A DNA stretch of 64,000 bases from contig CAWJSJ010000001.1 in assembly GCA_963845565.1 (NCBI GenBank), positions 288,001 through 352,000 of the forward strand, given 5' to 3'. Below the pieces are notes generated by a model, which was not told the DNA's origin, made no database searches, and was given only the letters and a program-made list of their open reading frames with translations. Below are positions 45,517 to 56,366 of the stretch, one piece after another; position 1 is the stretch's first letter; each line of letters begins with the position of its first letter. Origin of the DNA: an uncultured Methylomirabilota bacterium (GTDB taxonomy: Bacteria > Methylomirabilota > Methylomirabilia > Methylomirabilales > 2-02-FULL-66-22). The position numbers and the translations under genes are program-made.

Positions 45517-45819
45517 TTGGATGTGACCACCCCCGAGGCGGGTGGCCTCGGCACGGGACGGGAGAGCCGTTGCAATCGCTCGGAGTCGAAGGAGACGTTT
45601 TGCTTTGACGCCGTAGCCTGGATGCGCGAGCGACGGGTGAGGATTGACGAGGAAGACCGGGGCCTTTCGTGGGCTGAAAGACGCGAGAAGACGCGCAATG
45701 TCTTGGAGACCGATCCGCTGTGGCTTCGGTTGAGAACGCGGGTGGTGGAGCCATCGTCTACGCCTCGGATGTTGGTGCGGGAGCCCGGCGCGGAATACGG
45801 GACGAAGGCACCAGACTGA
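45517..45819 (+). CDS. Small hypothetical protein; start uncertain
   Basis: FDAVAWMRERRVRIDEEDRGLSWAE...VREPGAEY. Confidence 0.45.
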   Translation: MDVTTPEAGGLGTGRESRCNRSESKETFCFDAVAWMRERRVRIDEEDRGLSWAERREKTRNVLETDPLWLRLRTRVVEPSSTPRMLVREPGAEYGTKAPD

Positions 45820-46150
45820 TCCGTGCGGGATTCCGGGAAGTCAGAAATACTTCTTCGCAATTTTGGTTGCCGCTCTTTTCAGTCCGAACGCCGCCCCCCG
45901 CTGAGTTCCCCAGTTATCTGTTCCGCCCCCTCCGGAAGGATTCCGGCCAGAAAGAATGGGGGGGAGTAGTTTTGTGTGTCTTGACAGTCGTCGGAAGCCA
46001 GGAGTAGGCTCCCGCACTGCGGAACCGTTTGGGATTTCTGGACCAACCGCTCGGCACGCCCCGGGGAGGGTATACGGGAGCGATGCAAGAGTCGGTACCG
46101 GGGGCCGCATAACCGCCGTCGGGGCAGATTCTGATGCTAGAGGAAGAGCG

Positions 46151-47125
46151 ATGTTTCCATCTTCGAGAATACCAACGTCAATCAAGAAGGGTATTTCCAC
46201 CCGATACAGGCGCACCAATCAGGAGGGTATGCGACTCATTGAAGCGTCGCTGAAGCAGAACTTCTTTACTCAAAGGGATGCGTGGTACGGTGATCAGGCA
46301 TATCTGTCCTCAGAAGAAGGCCAAGCCGACCTGCAGAACCATTTGCACTATCGGCTCGATAAATATCGCGAGGCGGTTATTCCGTGGTTGAACCATGCCA
46401 AACCCCTGAGCGGTTCACGCATTCTGGAAATCGGCTGCGGCACTGGGAGCTCAACAGTCGCCCTTGCCGAGCAAGGCGCAGAAGTCACCGCGGTTGATGT
46501 TCTTGATACCAGCCTCATCGTGGCCAGGGATAGATGTGCGGCGTATGATCTCCACGCGAATTTCCACTGTGCCAATGCCACTCAAGTACCCAAGATCCTC
46601 GCGGGCGAACACTTCGACTTGATCATTTTTTTCGCCACGCTTGAGCATATGACCATCAGCGAGCGAATCGTTGCCATGAAGAATACTTGGGAGATGCTCT
46701 CCCCCGGCAGTTTGTGGTGCCTGAAAGAAACTCCGAATCGATTATGGCATTACGATTCTCACACGTCTCAATTACCCTTCTATTTATGGTTGCCGGATGA
46801 CTTAGCCTTTCTGTACTCTCAGTTCAGCCCCAGAAAGAACTTCTGCGATTTGTATCGAGACATAAATGAAGATTCCATGCGTGATTTTCTCAGGCGTGGT
46901 CGGGGAGTCAGTTTCCACGAATTTGAACTTACCATGAAGCGGGCCGAAAAGCTCGATGTTGTGAGCAGCTTTCCGATCTTCGCACGAGAACGAAACGTCT
47001 TCAGAAAAGTCGCCTGGATGCTCTCAAAAAAAGGCCGCTACGAGTCCTTCCTGGCGCGATTCGGTCCAAAGATTCATCGGGGGTTTTATCAGGAGTCGCT
47101 GGATTTGATCATCCGGAAAGATTAA
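46151..47125 (+). CDS. Class I SAM-dependent methyltransferase
   Basis: ILEIGCGTG, FDLI, LEH, ETPNR; visibly lower GC than flanks. Confidence 0.9.
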   Translation: MFPSSRIPTSIKKGISTRYRRTNQEGMRLIEASLKQNFFTQRDAWYGDQAYLSSEEGQADLQNHLHYRLDKYREAVIPWLNHAKPLSGSRILEIGCGTGSSTVALAEQGAEVTAVDVLDTSLIVARDRCAAYDLHANFHCANATQVPKILAGEHFDLIIFFATLEHMTISERIVAMKNTWEMLSPGSLWCLKETPNRLWHYDSHTSQLPFYLWLPDDLAFLYSQFSPRKNFCDLYRDINEDSMRDFLRRGRGVSFHEFELTMKRAEKLDVVSSFPIFARERNVFRKVAWMLSKKGRYESFLARFGPKIHRGFYQESLDLIIRKD

Positions 47126-47203
47126 CCGTGGTCTGAGGATCGGCCTCTCGTCAAGGCGCAAAGAGTTCCAGGGCGGATGCCGGGCGGGTGAATGCCGGGT
47201 GTC

Positions 47204-48754
47204 TCACTCCGCCGCCGGAGCGGCGATCCGGCGCACGGGGCCCAGTGTCGTCAGACCCGATTCGAACTGCGGCACGTCGCCGACGACGAGGACCGTGGTG
47301 GTGTCGGGCCGAAGATACTGCCGGGCGACTCGCTGCACGTCCTCGCGGGTGACGGCCCGATAGCGATCCAGCAGCGTGTCGAGATAGTCCGGCGGATACT
47401 CATCGAATTCCAGCATGAGGAGCTGCGTCACGACGCTGAACCGGGACGTGAACCGAAAGACAAACGAGTTGACGATCGCCTCCTTGGCGCCGTCCAGCTC
47501 CGCCGGGCTGACGAGGTGGCTCTGCATGCGGCGCATCTCTTCCAGGATGGCCCGGACGGCACGCGGGACATTCTCGTTCTTGGTCTGGACGGTCACCCGG
47601 AAGAGGCTGACGTCCCGGCTGGAGGTGGGAAAAGACGAGGCAACCGAATAGGCCAGTCCTTCCTCGGTCCGCACCCGCTCCATGATCCGACTGCTGAAAC
47701 CGCCCCCGCCCAGGATGGTGTCCATGATCTGGATGGCGTAGCGGTCCGGATTGGCGCGGCTGATCCCAAAGTGGCCCAGGACGACGTTGGACTGGGTCAG
47801 GGGGCGCGAGAGGAGAAGCATGCCCGCCTCGAAGCGGGGCTCCACCTTGGGAAGCGGCGGGAGATCGAGCGCCCCGGCGGCGGTCCAATCGCCGAAGTGT
47901 TCCTGGACCTTGGCGGCCAGCTCGTCCACGCTGAAATCGCCCACCACCGCCAGGAACATGTTGTCGGGGCGGACGAAGCGCCGGTGGTGGGCCTTCAGGT
48001 CTTCGGGTTGGATCGCCTGCGCCTGGGCCGCGGTGAGGGGCCGCCCGAGGGGATGCGCCTCGGTGTACATGGCGCGCGCGAACTCTTGTGTCATCAGGCG
48101 GGAGGGATTGTCCGGCACGCGGCGGAGATCGTCGACCACGCGGCCTCGATAGGTCTGGAGGGGTGTCGTCGCGAAGGCGGGGCGGCGAATCATCTCCGCC
48201 AGCAGCTCGAGGGATCGGTCGGCGTTCTTGGCCAGCGCGCTGACCGTGAGCGAGATCGTCTCTGACCCAACGCCGGATTCGACGGAGACCCCCAGGACCT
48301 CCAGCTCTTCATTCAACGCGTCCACGGCCATGGCAGTGGTCCCACCGGAGCGAAGCTGCGAGGCGGTGAACTGGGCGCGGCCCGCCCGTTCGGTCGGCTC
48401 GTACAAGCTACCCGCACGAAAGACGGCGTACGCGTTCAGGACCGGCAGCGACCGGTCGCTGGCGAGGTACAGGACCATGCCGTTGGAAAGGACGCGTCGC
48501 TCCACCTCGCGGCCGACGCGCGGGACGGTGAGCTGGAGCGGGGGGAAGGTCATCCGCTGAACCAGGGCAGCGCCGGGCGAGCGGGGGGGGTCATGCCGGA
48601 GAGCGGTATCGGTGGCGCACCCCGTCATCAATACCGCCAGAGCGGAAAGACATCCCGCGATGGATCGCGCGCGGTGCGACCACCCGTGCGTCAGGCAGAA
48701 CTTATCCCGTGTCCTCACCGGTATCCTCCCCCAAACCCGAATCCGCGTACCCAA
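47204..48754 (-). CDS. M16B peptidase, non-catalytic partner (probable lipoprotein)
   Basis: LSNGMVLYL, no HxxEH, ILGGGGFSSRIMERVRTEEGLAY. Confidence 0.85.
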   Translation of the reverse strand: MGTRIRVWGRIPVRTRDKFCLTHGWSHRARSIAGCLSALAVLMTGCATDTALRHDPPRSPGAALVQRMTFPPLQLTVPRVGREVERRVLSNGMVLYLASDRSLPVLNAYAVFRAGSLYEPTERAGRAQFTASQLRSGGTTAMAVDALNEELEVLGVSVESGVGSETISLTVSALAKNADRSLELLAEMIRRPAFATTPLQTYRGRVVDDLRRVPDNPSRLMTQEFARAMYTEAHPLGRPLTAAQAQAIQPEDLKAHHRRFVRPDNMFLAVVGDFSVDELAAKVQEHFGDWTAAGALDLPPLPKVEPRFEAGMLLLSRPLTQSNVVLGHFGISRANPDRYAIQIMDTILGGGGFSSRIMERVRTEEGLAYSVASSFPTSSRDVSLFRVTVQTKNENVPRAVRAILEEMRRMQSHLVSPAELDGAKEAIVNSFVFRFTSRFSVVTQLLMLEFDEYPPDYLDTLLDRYRAVTREDVQRVARQYLRPDTTTVLVVGDVPQFESGLTTLGPVRRIAAPAAE

Positions 48755-48767
48755 CCCCCGCGTCCCG

Positions 48768-50339
48768 TCACTTCACGTCCCAGGGCTGATGCGTCGCCAG
48801 GGGGCGGGGCGCGCCTGCCACGGCGGGCGCGGTCCCGCTCCCGCGAATCAGCGCGGCCACGGTCCGACGTCGGGGCACCAGGTAGCTCTGCGCCGCATCG
48901 CGGACCTCTTCGGCCGTGACGGCCTGGAGCTTCTCCCGATCCGTGAAGAGGGTGCGCCAGTCGCCGGTCAGCGCCCAGGCGTTGCCGAGCTGCGACGCCA
49001 GCCCGGCGTTTGAGGCGAGCTGGCCGACGGCCTCCACCTCGGCCTGGTTCCGGACCTTGAGCATCTCCCGCGGGGTGGGAGGGTCCGCGGCCAGGCGGGC
49101 GATCTCCTCGCTGATGGCGGCCTCCACCTCGTCGGCCGTGTGCGGGGCGCGCGGGGTGGCCTGGATCATGAACAGGCCGGCATGCTGGAGGAACCAGGGG
49201 CCCGCCGCAACGCTCGTCGCCAGACGCCGCTCCTCGACCAGGCGCTTGTAGAGGCGGGACGATCGGCCTTCCCCGAGGAGGCTGCCCAGCACCGCAACGG
49301 CGTAGGTGTCCGAATGACCGAGCGCGGGGGCCTGGTACAACATGAGCAAGCTGGGCTCGGCGGGGTACTCGACGCGCACCCGACGCTCGCCGGTCTGTGG
49401 CGGTTCTTCCAGGCGAGGCGGCACGGGAAGGGGCTGGGCAGGCAGATCGCCGAAGTACTGCTCGACGACACGAATGACCGCCGCGGGGTCCAGATCGCCG
49501 ACCAACACCGCCAGGGCGTTGTTCGGCGCGTAATGCGTCTTGAAATACGCCTGCGCCTGGGGCCGATTCAGATTCTCCAGATCGCCCGGCCAGCCCAGGA
49601 CCGGATGCCCGTACGGGACGGCGGTGAACGCGGTGGCAAGGGCGGCCTCCATCAACTGGCCGCGGGGGTTCGTGTCCACGCGCTGGCGCCGCTCTTCCTG
49701 CACCACGTCCCGCTCGGTGTAGAACTCCCGGAAGACGGGATTGCGCATTCGATCCGACTCCAGCAGCGCCCAGAGTTCCAGCCGGTTCTTGGGCAAACTG
49801 ATGAAGTATTGGGTTCCGTCGCGGGAGGTGGAGGCGTTCAGGCTGGTCCCGCCGTTCCGTCGGTAGATCTCCCAGAGTTCGTTGCGGACGATGAAGCCCT
49901 TCGCCTGGGTTTCCAGGACGGCCAATTCCTGTTCGATGGCCGCCACGCGCCCTGCCGCGGGCGTCGTGCCGGGACGCTTGGCGTGTCGCCGTTCGGTCTG
50001 GAGTTCGCGGTGGAGCGCGTCGATGCGATCCAGAAGGGCCTGCTCGCGGCCGGGGTCCGTGGAGCCGAACAGCGTGGTTCCCTTGAACATCATGTGCTCC
50101 AACAGGTGGGCGAGACCGGTCTGCCCAGGGACCTCGTTCACGCTGCCGACCTTGAAGCGAATATACGCGGCGAAGGTGGGGGATTCCCGTCGCTCGACGA
50201 TCAAGAACCGCATCCCGTTCTTGAGCGTGTGCTCGATGACCGGGAGTCGGGCGCTTTCGGAGAGGACATCGGCGGCGCCGGCGGGGCCGAAAAGCAGGAG
50301 GAGGACAGTCACACCGGCAAGCGCGAGGAGTCGTTTCAT
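48768..50339 (-). CDS. M16B zinc peptidase, catalytic subunit
   Basis: GLAHLLEHMMFKGT, NASTSRDGT, ERDVVQEER. Confidence 0.92.
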   Translation of the reverse strand: MKRLLALAGVTVLLLLFGPAGAADVLSESARLPVIEHTLKNGMRFLIVERRESPTFAAYIRFKVGSVNEVPGQTGLAHLLEHMMFKGTTLFGSTDPGREQALLDRIDALHRELQTERRHAKRPGTTPAAGRVAAIEQELAVLETQAKGFIVRNELWEIYRRNGGTSLNASTSRDGTQYFISLPKNRLELWALLESDRMRNPVFREFYTERDVVQEERRQRVDTNPRGQLMEAALATAFTAVPYGHPVLGWPGDLENLNRPQAQAYFKTHYAPNNALAVLVGDLDPAAVIRVVEQYFGDLPAQPLPVPPRLEEPPQTGERRVRVEYPAEPSLLMLYQAPALGHSDTYAVAVLGSLLGEGRSSRLYKRLVEERRLATSVAAGPWFLQHAGLFMIQATPRAPHTADEVEAAISEEIARLAADPPTPREMLKVRNQAEVEAVGQLASNAGLASQLGNAWALTGDWRTLFTDREKLQAVTAEEVRDAAQSYLVPRRRTVAALIRGSGTAPAVAGAPRPLATHQPWDVK

Positions 50340-50750
50340 GGCACGCACACTCCCTTTACCACCCAGCGCGGATACGTGACAACGACGCCCGCCGCGCTGC
50401 TCCGTTTGCGAGGAAGGCCCTCGCGGTTGGACGAGACGACACGCAAGGGCTCGGCCCAACCCTCGGATTCCACCGAATGGGGCGGGCCGCCGCCCCTCGT
50501 CAGACTCTTCCCCGGACTGTGCGGTCGGGTTGGACGTGTTGCCGATTTCACGCACCGCACAGACGTGTTACCTCTCAAGGCCAATCTAGCACGCTAACGG
50601 TCCGAAATAGAAGAGGGTAAAAACCGAGACCGCCTGGCGACACCCGGAGGTCGACGAGTTTCTTTCGCATGTATTCGCCGACGGTAATCGTTTGCGGGTT
50701 TTGGCACAGACCGAGTGGTCGGTTGGGACACCTTCGTGTGCTTTCGAGCA

Positions 50751-50873
50751 TTTGTCATACTTTCTCCGATTAACATGACAAACGGTCAACCGTTCAACAT
50801 ATTGAAAAATAAGGGCTGATATAGTCGGTCGAGACGCTTCGCCTCCTGGAGTTGGCGTGGCACCCCGATTGCT
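50751..50873 (+). promoter_or_regulatory. Sigma-54 promoter P7 with a different upstream palindrome
   Basis: TTTGTCAT-N16-ATGACAAA 50751-50782; IHF-like CAAcataTTGAAA 50795-50807; canonical TGGCACcccgaTTGCT 50858-50873. Confidence 0.75.
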
Positions 50874-50967
50874 CATTTTCCGGCCGGTGTCTGGAATCGG
50901 ATGGTTTTCTCTCACCGAGGGGCGACCGGATCGACGCCTCGGGATCCGAGACGAGTGGGGTGGGGAA

Positions 50968-51474
50968 ATGGGCAAGGTTGCCCCCAAGAGCGAGAGCGAC
51001 GTCATCCTGATGGCGATCGCCCAAGAGAAAGAATCCTACGCCCAGCTTGCCGCCGCCGCCTGCGCGTGCACCTGCCAGAAGGCTCGGCGTCTTTACAACC
51101 AGTTGGCCCTGGACGAACTCAGGCACCTCTTGACGCTCGTCAGTCTGATGGACGGGTTGGCCGACGATTGCCTGACGCAACTCGACCTGACCTTTCCCAC
51201 GGCGCCGCCGCCCGACCCGCTGCCGCAAAGCGAGGATGGCATCCTGCGTTCCACCATGGCGGCGGAGGCGGAATCGCACGAGCTCTTTGCGCGTCTGGCG
51301 GAAGGTGTGAACCGGGAAGAGCTTCAGGCGTTGCTGGTGATCCTCCGGGACGAAGAAGCGGACCATCTCTCCCGTCTGCGTTCCATGCTGTACGGGATGG
51401 AGGCCGACCGACCGGCCGTGGCCAAGTGGATGCGGTCGATCCGCCGCTTGGTGCCGTCGGAGTATCTGCATTAG
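50968..51474 (+). CDS. Ferritin/rubrerythrin-like protein
   Basis: AIAQEKES...DELRH and MAAEAES...EEADH (paired E...ExxH). Confidence 0.8.
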   Translation: MGKVAPKSESDVILMAIAQEKESYAQLAAAACACTCQKARRLYNQLALDELRHLLTLVSLMDGLADDCLTQLDLTFPTAPPPDPLPQSEDGILRSTMAAEAESHELFARLAEGVNREELQALLVILRDEEADHLSRLRSMLYGMEADRPAVAKWMRSIRRLVPSEYLH

Positions 51475-51475
51475 G

Positions 51476-51619
51476 AGGCTGCTGAAAAAGGCCCATCTGC
51501 GGCGTTGGCGCGCTCGCGCGCCGCTGCGGCGTACGTGCGAAGTACGCCTCGCGTCTGCACCCATCCTGCGGATGGGTACCCGGCGCGCCGCATTGCATCT
51601 GGACCTTTTTGAGCAGCCT
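51476..51619. mobile_element. MITE-like element with 16-bp terminal inverted repeats
   Basis: AGGCTGCTGAAAAAGG ... CCTTTTTGAGCAGCCT (one mismatch); internal hairpins including R2; no coding capacity. Confidence 0.75.
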
Positions 51620-51749
51620 GCGCGAAGGTGGCGTTTTCAGTAGGGGTGGTGGCCGAACCTGAATTATCGGGGCGGCCCACGCGTCAAGCACTGCGGGGAA
51701 AGCGACCCCGCTTGAACTCGTCCCCGTGTTGGCGAGGCAAGGAGGGTGG

Positions 51750-51971
51750 ATGATGATGCCTGAAGTCGAGCTGTGGTCCCCCGAGCAGGAGTTGCGACTG
51801 CTGGAGGAGCTGGTCGAGACGGAAGCGAAGGCGTTCGACCTGGACTTTGGCTTGCCGGCGGCGGTCATCGCGGCCGAACCGGAGCAGCCGTGGGTTGCCT
51901 ACTGGCAGTTACCGCCCAACGGCGTCCGGGGGAGGGCGCGGACCGGCGCACGCGCGGTGCGCGGACGCTAG
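51750..51971 (+). CDS. Small hypothetical protein
   Basis: AAGGAGG RBS. Confidence 0.45.
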   Translation: MMMPEVELWSPEQELRLLEELVETEAKAFDLDFGLPAAVIAAEPEQPWVAYWQLPPNGVRGRARTGARAVRGR

Positions 51972-52166
51972 CCTGACCTGACGACGCGATAGGAAACTCC
52001 TGGAGGTACCCCTCGGGCGTGCGGCGCCCATGCGCACGAGTTGGGGTTTCCGTTCACCCGATGGTCCATTACGACCACAATGCGTGTCGTGCAGCCCCGG
52101 CGGACATTCCGTCGGGGCTGTTCTCTTGATGGGCAGTCGGTTGACATCCGACGCTTCCGGGTGTAA

Positions 52167-52183
52167 ATACCCTGCCAGGGTAT
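52167..52183. promoter_or_regulatory. CsoR operator
   Basis: ATACCCTG-C-CAGGGTAT palindrome just upstream of csoR; TTGACA at 52141 and TATAGT at 52181. Confidence 0.8.
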
Positions 52184-52204
52184 AGTACGCGTGGGGTGAG
52201 CGCC

Positions 52205-52495
52205 ATGATGGATGCGGAAACGAAGCGACAGGCCTTGGCCAGGGTGCGACGGATTGTAGGACAGGTCCAGGGCATCCAACGGATGGTGGAAGACGAGAAG
52301 TACTGCGTGGACATCCTGCTCCAGATCTCGGCGGTGCAGGGCGCCCTGGAACAGGTGTCGAAGATCCTCATGGCCCGCCACATCGAAAGCTGCGTGACGG
52401 ACAGCCTGCAGGCAGGGAGCGAGCGGGAGCGGGCCAGGAAGATCGACGAACTGATCGAGGTCTTCTCTCGCCACAGCGGTTTCGGAGGGCGCTGA
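52205..52495 (+). CDS. csoR: Copper-sensing repressor CsoR
   Basis: RVRRIVGQVQGIQRMVEDEKYCVDILLQISAV...RHIESCV (C-H-C ligands). Confidence 0.9.
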   Translation: MMDAETKRQALARVRRIVGQVQGIQRMVEDEKYCVDILLQISAVQGALEQVSKILMARHIESCVTDSLQAGSERERARKIDELIEVFSRHSGFGGR

Positions 52496-52518
52496 GCCGA
52501 GGGTCGCTCCGCGACCGT

Positions 52519-53718
52519 ATGACGGGTACCGGGGACGGCTGGTCGGCGGAGATCGCCGTGAGCGACTATGATGTGCTGATCGTTGGCGCCGGGCCGGCCG
52601 GCTCGACGGCGGCTCGTCTCTTGGCGGCGGGTGGCGCCCGGGCGTGCCTGGTGGACAAGGCTCGGTTCCCGCGCCCGAAGCCGTGCGGCGGTGCGCTCTC
52701 TCCCCGCACCTTGCGGTACTTGCCCTCCGGGGTGGACCGGCTCGTTCGGGCGCGGATCCAGCGTGCGGTCTTCACCTTCCGGTCGGGGAAGCCCTTCGAG
52801 ATCGCGTCGCCTACCCCCATGGGATACATGGTGTGCCGCGAAGAGTTCGATACCTGGCTTCGGGCCGGGGCGGAAGAGGCGGGAGCGTCGGTGCGCGAGG
52901 GGGCATGTGTCCGGGCGATCGAAGAGACGGAGAGCGGATTCACGGTCCGCGCGGGCGGGGAGACGATCTCGGCCGGGACAGTGATCGGGGCCGACGGGGC
53001 CAACAGCCTGGTTGCCTCGCGGTTTCTTCCCGCCCGCCCGCCCGCCCGCTACATTGCCGTGGAGGCGGAGGTCCCTCAGGACGGCCACGACCTCGGCGGC
53101 ACAATCATCGTGGACGTGGGGGCATATCCCGGCGGGTATGCTTGGGCCTTTCCCAAGGGGGACCGGATCAACATCGGTGTGATGGTCGAATACGCCCGAG
53201 GGCGCGAGTTGCGGCACGCCCTGGCCGACTTCGTCGCCGGCCAGTCCGGCCTTCCCACCATCGCGGCGGCGTCCCAGCAGGCCGCCCCGGTGGCCGCACC
53301 GCGGTCCACACCGGTTCCCTGCGCGCGGCCCGGCGTCTTGCTGGTCGGCGATGCGGCGCACCTGGCCGATCCGTTTCTCGGTGAGGGGATTTATTCCGCG
53401 GTGCGAAGCGGCGCCCTGGCGGCGCAGGCCATCCTCGCAGGAAACGGGAGGGCCGAGACCGCCCACGGGTACGCCGTCCAGATTGCCGCGCGAATCTGGC
53501 CGGACCTGATGGCGGCGTCGCGCGTCGCCTTTCTGTTCCATCGGATGCCGCGGTGGTGGCATCATCTCTGTTCCCGGATGCCCGGTTCCTTGTCGGGCGT
53601 CGTGAGGGTGCTGGCGGGAGAGCAGTCGTACGCGGGCCTCCTTCGCCAGATCGTGCAGCGGGTGGAGGCGAAGGCCAACCGCTGGGTCCGAGAGCAGTTA
53701 GGAGTCGTTACGAAATAG
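52519..53718 (+). CDS. Geranylgeranyl reductase family flavoprotein
   Basis: [45 protein letters not shown]. Confidence 0.9.
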   Translation: MTGTGDGWSAEIAVSDYDVLIVGAGPAGSTAARLLAAGGARACLVDKARFPRPKPCGGALSPRTLRYLPSGVDRLVRARIQRAVFTFRSGKPFEIASPTPMGYMVCREEFDTWLRAGAEEAGASVREGACVRAIEETESGFTVRAGGETISAGTVIGADGANSLVASRFLPARPPARYIAVEAEVPQDGHDLGGTIIVDVGAYPGGYAWAFPKGDRINIGVMVEYARGRELRHALADFVAGQSGLPTIAAASQQAAPVAAPRSTPVPCARPGVLLVGDAAHLADPFLGEGIYSAVRSGALAAQAILAGNGRAETAHGYAVQIAARIWPDLMAASRVAFLFHRMPRWWHHLCSRMPGSLSGVVRVLAGEQSYAGLLRQIVQRVEAKANRWVREQLGVVTK

Positions 53719-53734
53719 GGATGGGTTGGTGGCA

Positions 53735-56294
53735 ATGGTCCAGACAGCGGTGCCGTCCGGGACCCGACGACTTGATTTCGGTGTTCGAGGGATGAGCTGC
53801 GCCTCGTGCGTGGCGGCGGTAGAGAACGCGCTGACGGCGGTCCCCGGCGTCCGGACCGCGGCCGTGAATCTGGCGGCCGAGCGGGGAAGCGTCCAGTACG
53901 ACCCCGCCGCCGCGACGCCGGCGGCCCTCGTGCGCGCCGTGGCGGATGCCGGCTTCACACCCACCGTGGAGAAGATCACCATTCCCATCAGCGGGATCTC
54001 CTGTGCGTCCTGCGTGGCTACGATCGAGACGGCGCTCGCGGACGCTCCAGGCGTGATTTCGGCTGCGGTGAACTTCGCCACCAATGCGGCCACGATCGAG
54101 TTTGTGCCGGCCATGGCGACGACCGGGGACCTGCGCCGGGTCATCCGTGAAGCCGGGTACGAGCCGCTGGAGGTTGAGGAGGGCGGCGCCCAGGCGGACC
54201 ACGAGAAGGCGGCGCGGGCACGGGAAATCCGCATCCTGAAACGAAAGCTGGCCACGGGCATCGTCCTCACCGTTCCGGTGGTCCTCGGGAGCATGCACCA
54301 CTGGTTCCCATGGGCGCCGCCGGTGCTGCAGAATTTCTGGGTGCTGCTGGCGCTCACCACGCCGGTCCAGTTCTGGGTGGGGGCGCAGTTCTACCGAGGG
54401 GCGTGGGCGGCACTCAGGCACCGGACCTCGGACATGAACACGCTCATCGCCGTGGGGACGTCGGCGGCGTATGCGTACAGCCTGGCCATGACGGTTGCGC
54501 CGCGATTCTTCCAAACCCGCGGCATCACGCCGGCCGTTCACTACGAGACGGCGGCCGTGATCATCACGCTGATTCTGCTGGGGCGTCTCCTGGAGTCGGT
54601 CGCCAGGGGCCGGACCTCCGAGGCGATGAAACGGTTGATGGGCCTCCGGGCCAAGACGGCGCGGGTCGTCCGCGACGGGGCCGAGGCGGACATCCCCGTG
54701 GACGAGGTGCGGATCGGTGACCTGGTGATCGTGCGGCCCGGCGAGAAGATCCCGGTGGATGGCGTCGTGCGGGACGGGGCCTCCGCCGTGGACGAATCGA
54801 TGCTGACCGGGGAAAGCATTCCGATCGAGAAGCGGTCGGGCGATCCGGTAATCGGGGCCACCCTGAACAAGACCGGCATGTTCCGGTTCGAAGCCACCAA
54901 GATCGGGAAGGACACGGTTCTGGCCCGGATCATCCGGCTGGTGGAAGAGGCACAAGGGTCCAAAGCGCCGATCCAGCGGCTGGCCGATCGGGTGGCCAGC
55001 GTCTTTGTGCCGACGGTGATCGGGATCGCGGTGTTGACGTTCGTCGTCTGGTGGGTCGTCGGGCCGCCTCCGGCGTTCCTGTTTGCCATGCTGAACTTCG
55101 TGGCGGTTCTGATCATCGCCTGTCCGTGCGCGCTGGGGCTTGCCACGCCGACGGCGATCATGGTCGGGACGGGCAAAGGGGCCGAGCTGGGCATCCTGAT
55201 CCGGAGCGGCGAGAGCCTGGAAACGGCGCACAAGGTGCGGACCGTGGTCTTCGACAAGACCGGCACGCTGACGAAGGGTGAGCCGGAGGTGACGGATGTC
55301 GTCAGCAGGCAGCAGGCAGTAGGCAGTAGGCAGGCCGGGATAGCAGAGGACGAGCGGAGAGCCGAGAGCCGCGAGAGCCGAGAGCCTGAGAGCTGAGACG
55401 AGCGGGCCGCGAGCCGAGAGCCGGGACGAGCTCTTGCGACTCGCCGCGAGTCTTGAGCGCGGGTCGGAGCATCCGCTGGGGGAGGCAATCGTTACGCGCG
55501 CCAAGGGCGACGGCCTGACCCTCTCCGACGTCGAGGGGTTCGAGGCGGTCCCGGGCCAGGGCGTGCGCGGCAAGGTGGACGGCCGGGACGTCCTGCTCGG
55601 CAACGCTCGGTATCTGGCGGAATCCGGCATCGAGGTAGGCGAGTTGGCATCGGCGGCCGAGGCGCTGGCGGCGCAAGGAAAGACCCCGATGTTTGTCGCC
55701 GTGGACGGTCGCGCGGCCGGACTGATCGCGGTGGCCGACACGCTGAAGGATCAGTCCGCCCAGGCCGTGGAGGCGCTGCACCGCCTGGGGATCGAAGTGC
55801 TGATGATCACGGGAGACAACCGGCGAACCGCGGCCGCCATTGCGAAGCAGGCGGGAATCGATGCGGTGCTGGCCGAAGTGATGCCGGACCAGAAAGCGGC
55901 GGAGATCCGGAAGCTGCAAGCGGCGGGGAAGGTTGTGGCGATGGTGGGGGACGGCATCAACGACGCGCCGGCCCTGGCGCAGGCCGATGTCGGGATCGCC
56001 ATCGGGACGGGAACGGATGTCGCCATGGAGGCATCGGACATCACACTGATTCGCGGCGACCTGACCGGGGTGGTCACCGCGATCCAGCTCAGCCAGCGGA
56101 CGCTCCGCACGATCAAGCAGAACCTCTTCTGGGCGTTCGTGTACAACGTCCTGGGTATTCCCCTCGCCGCCGGCGTCCTGTACCCGTTCTTCGGGATCCT
56201 GCTTGACCCGATGGTGGGGTCGGCCGCCATGGCCCTCTCGTCGGTCTCGGTGGTGAGCAACTCCTTGCGCCTGCGCCGCTTCCAACCGGTGTGA
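53735..56294 (+). CDS. copA: Cu(I)-exporting P1B-ATPase; frame broken in a repeat tract at ~55305-55430
   Basis: Two GxxCASC HMA domains, [31 protein letters not shown]. Confidence 0.92.
55304..55425 (+). repeat. Heptamer tandem-repeat tract (AGGCAGY, GAGAGCC) inside copA
   Basis: agcaggcagcaggcagtaggcagtaggc ... gagagccgagagccgcgagagccgagagcc. Confidence 0.8.
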
Positions 56295-56366
56295 CCCGCC
56301 CCGAGTTGCCCTGCGCGTCCGAGGATGAGTCAGGAGTGGTTCCGAAATAAAACGTCGGGCGCGCGG

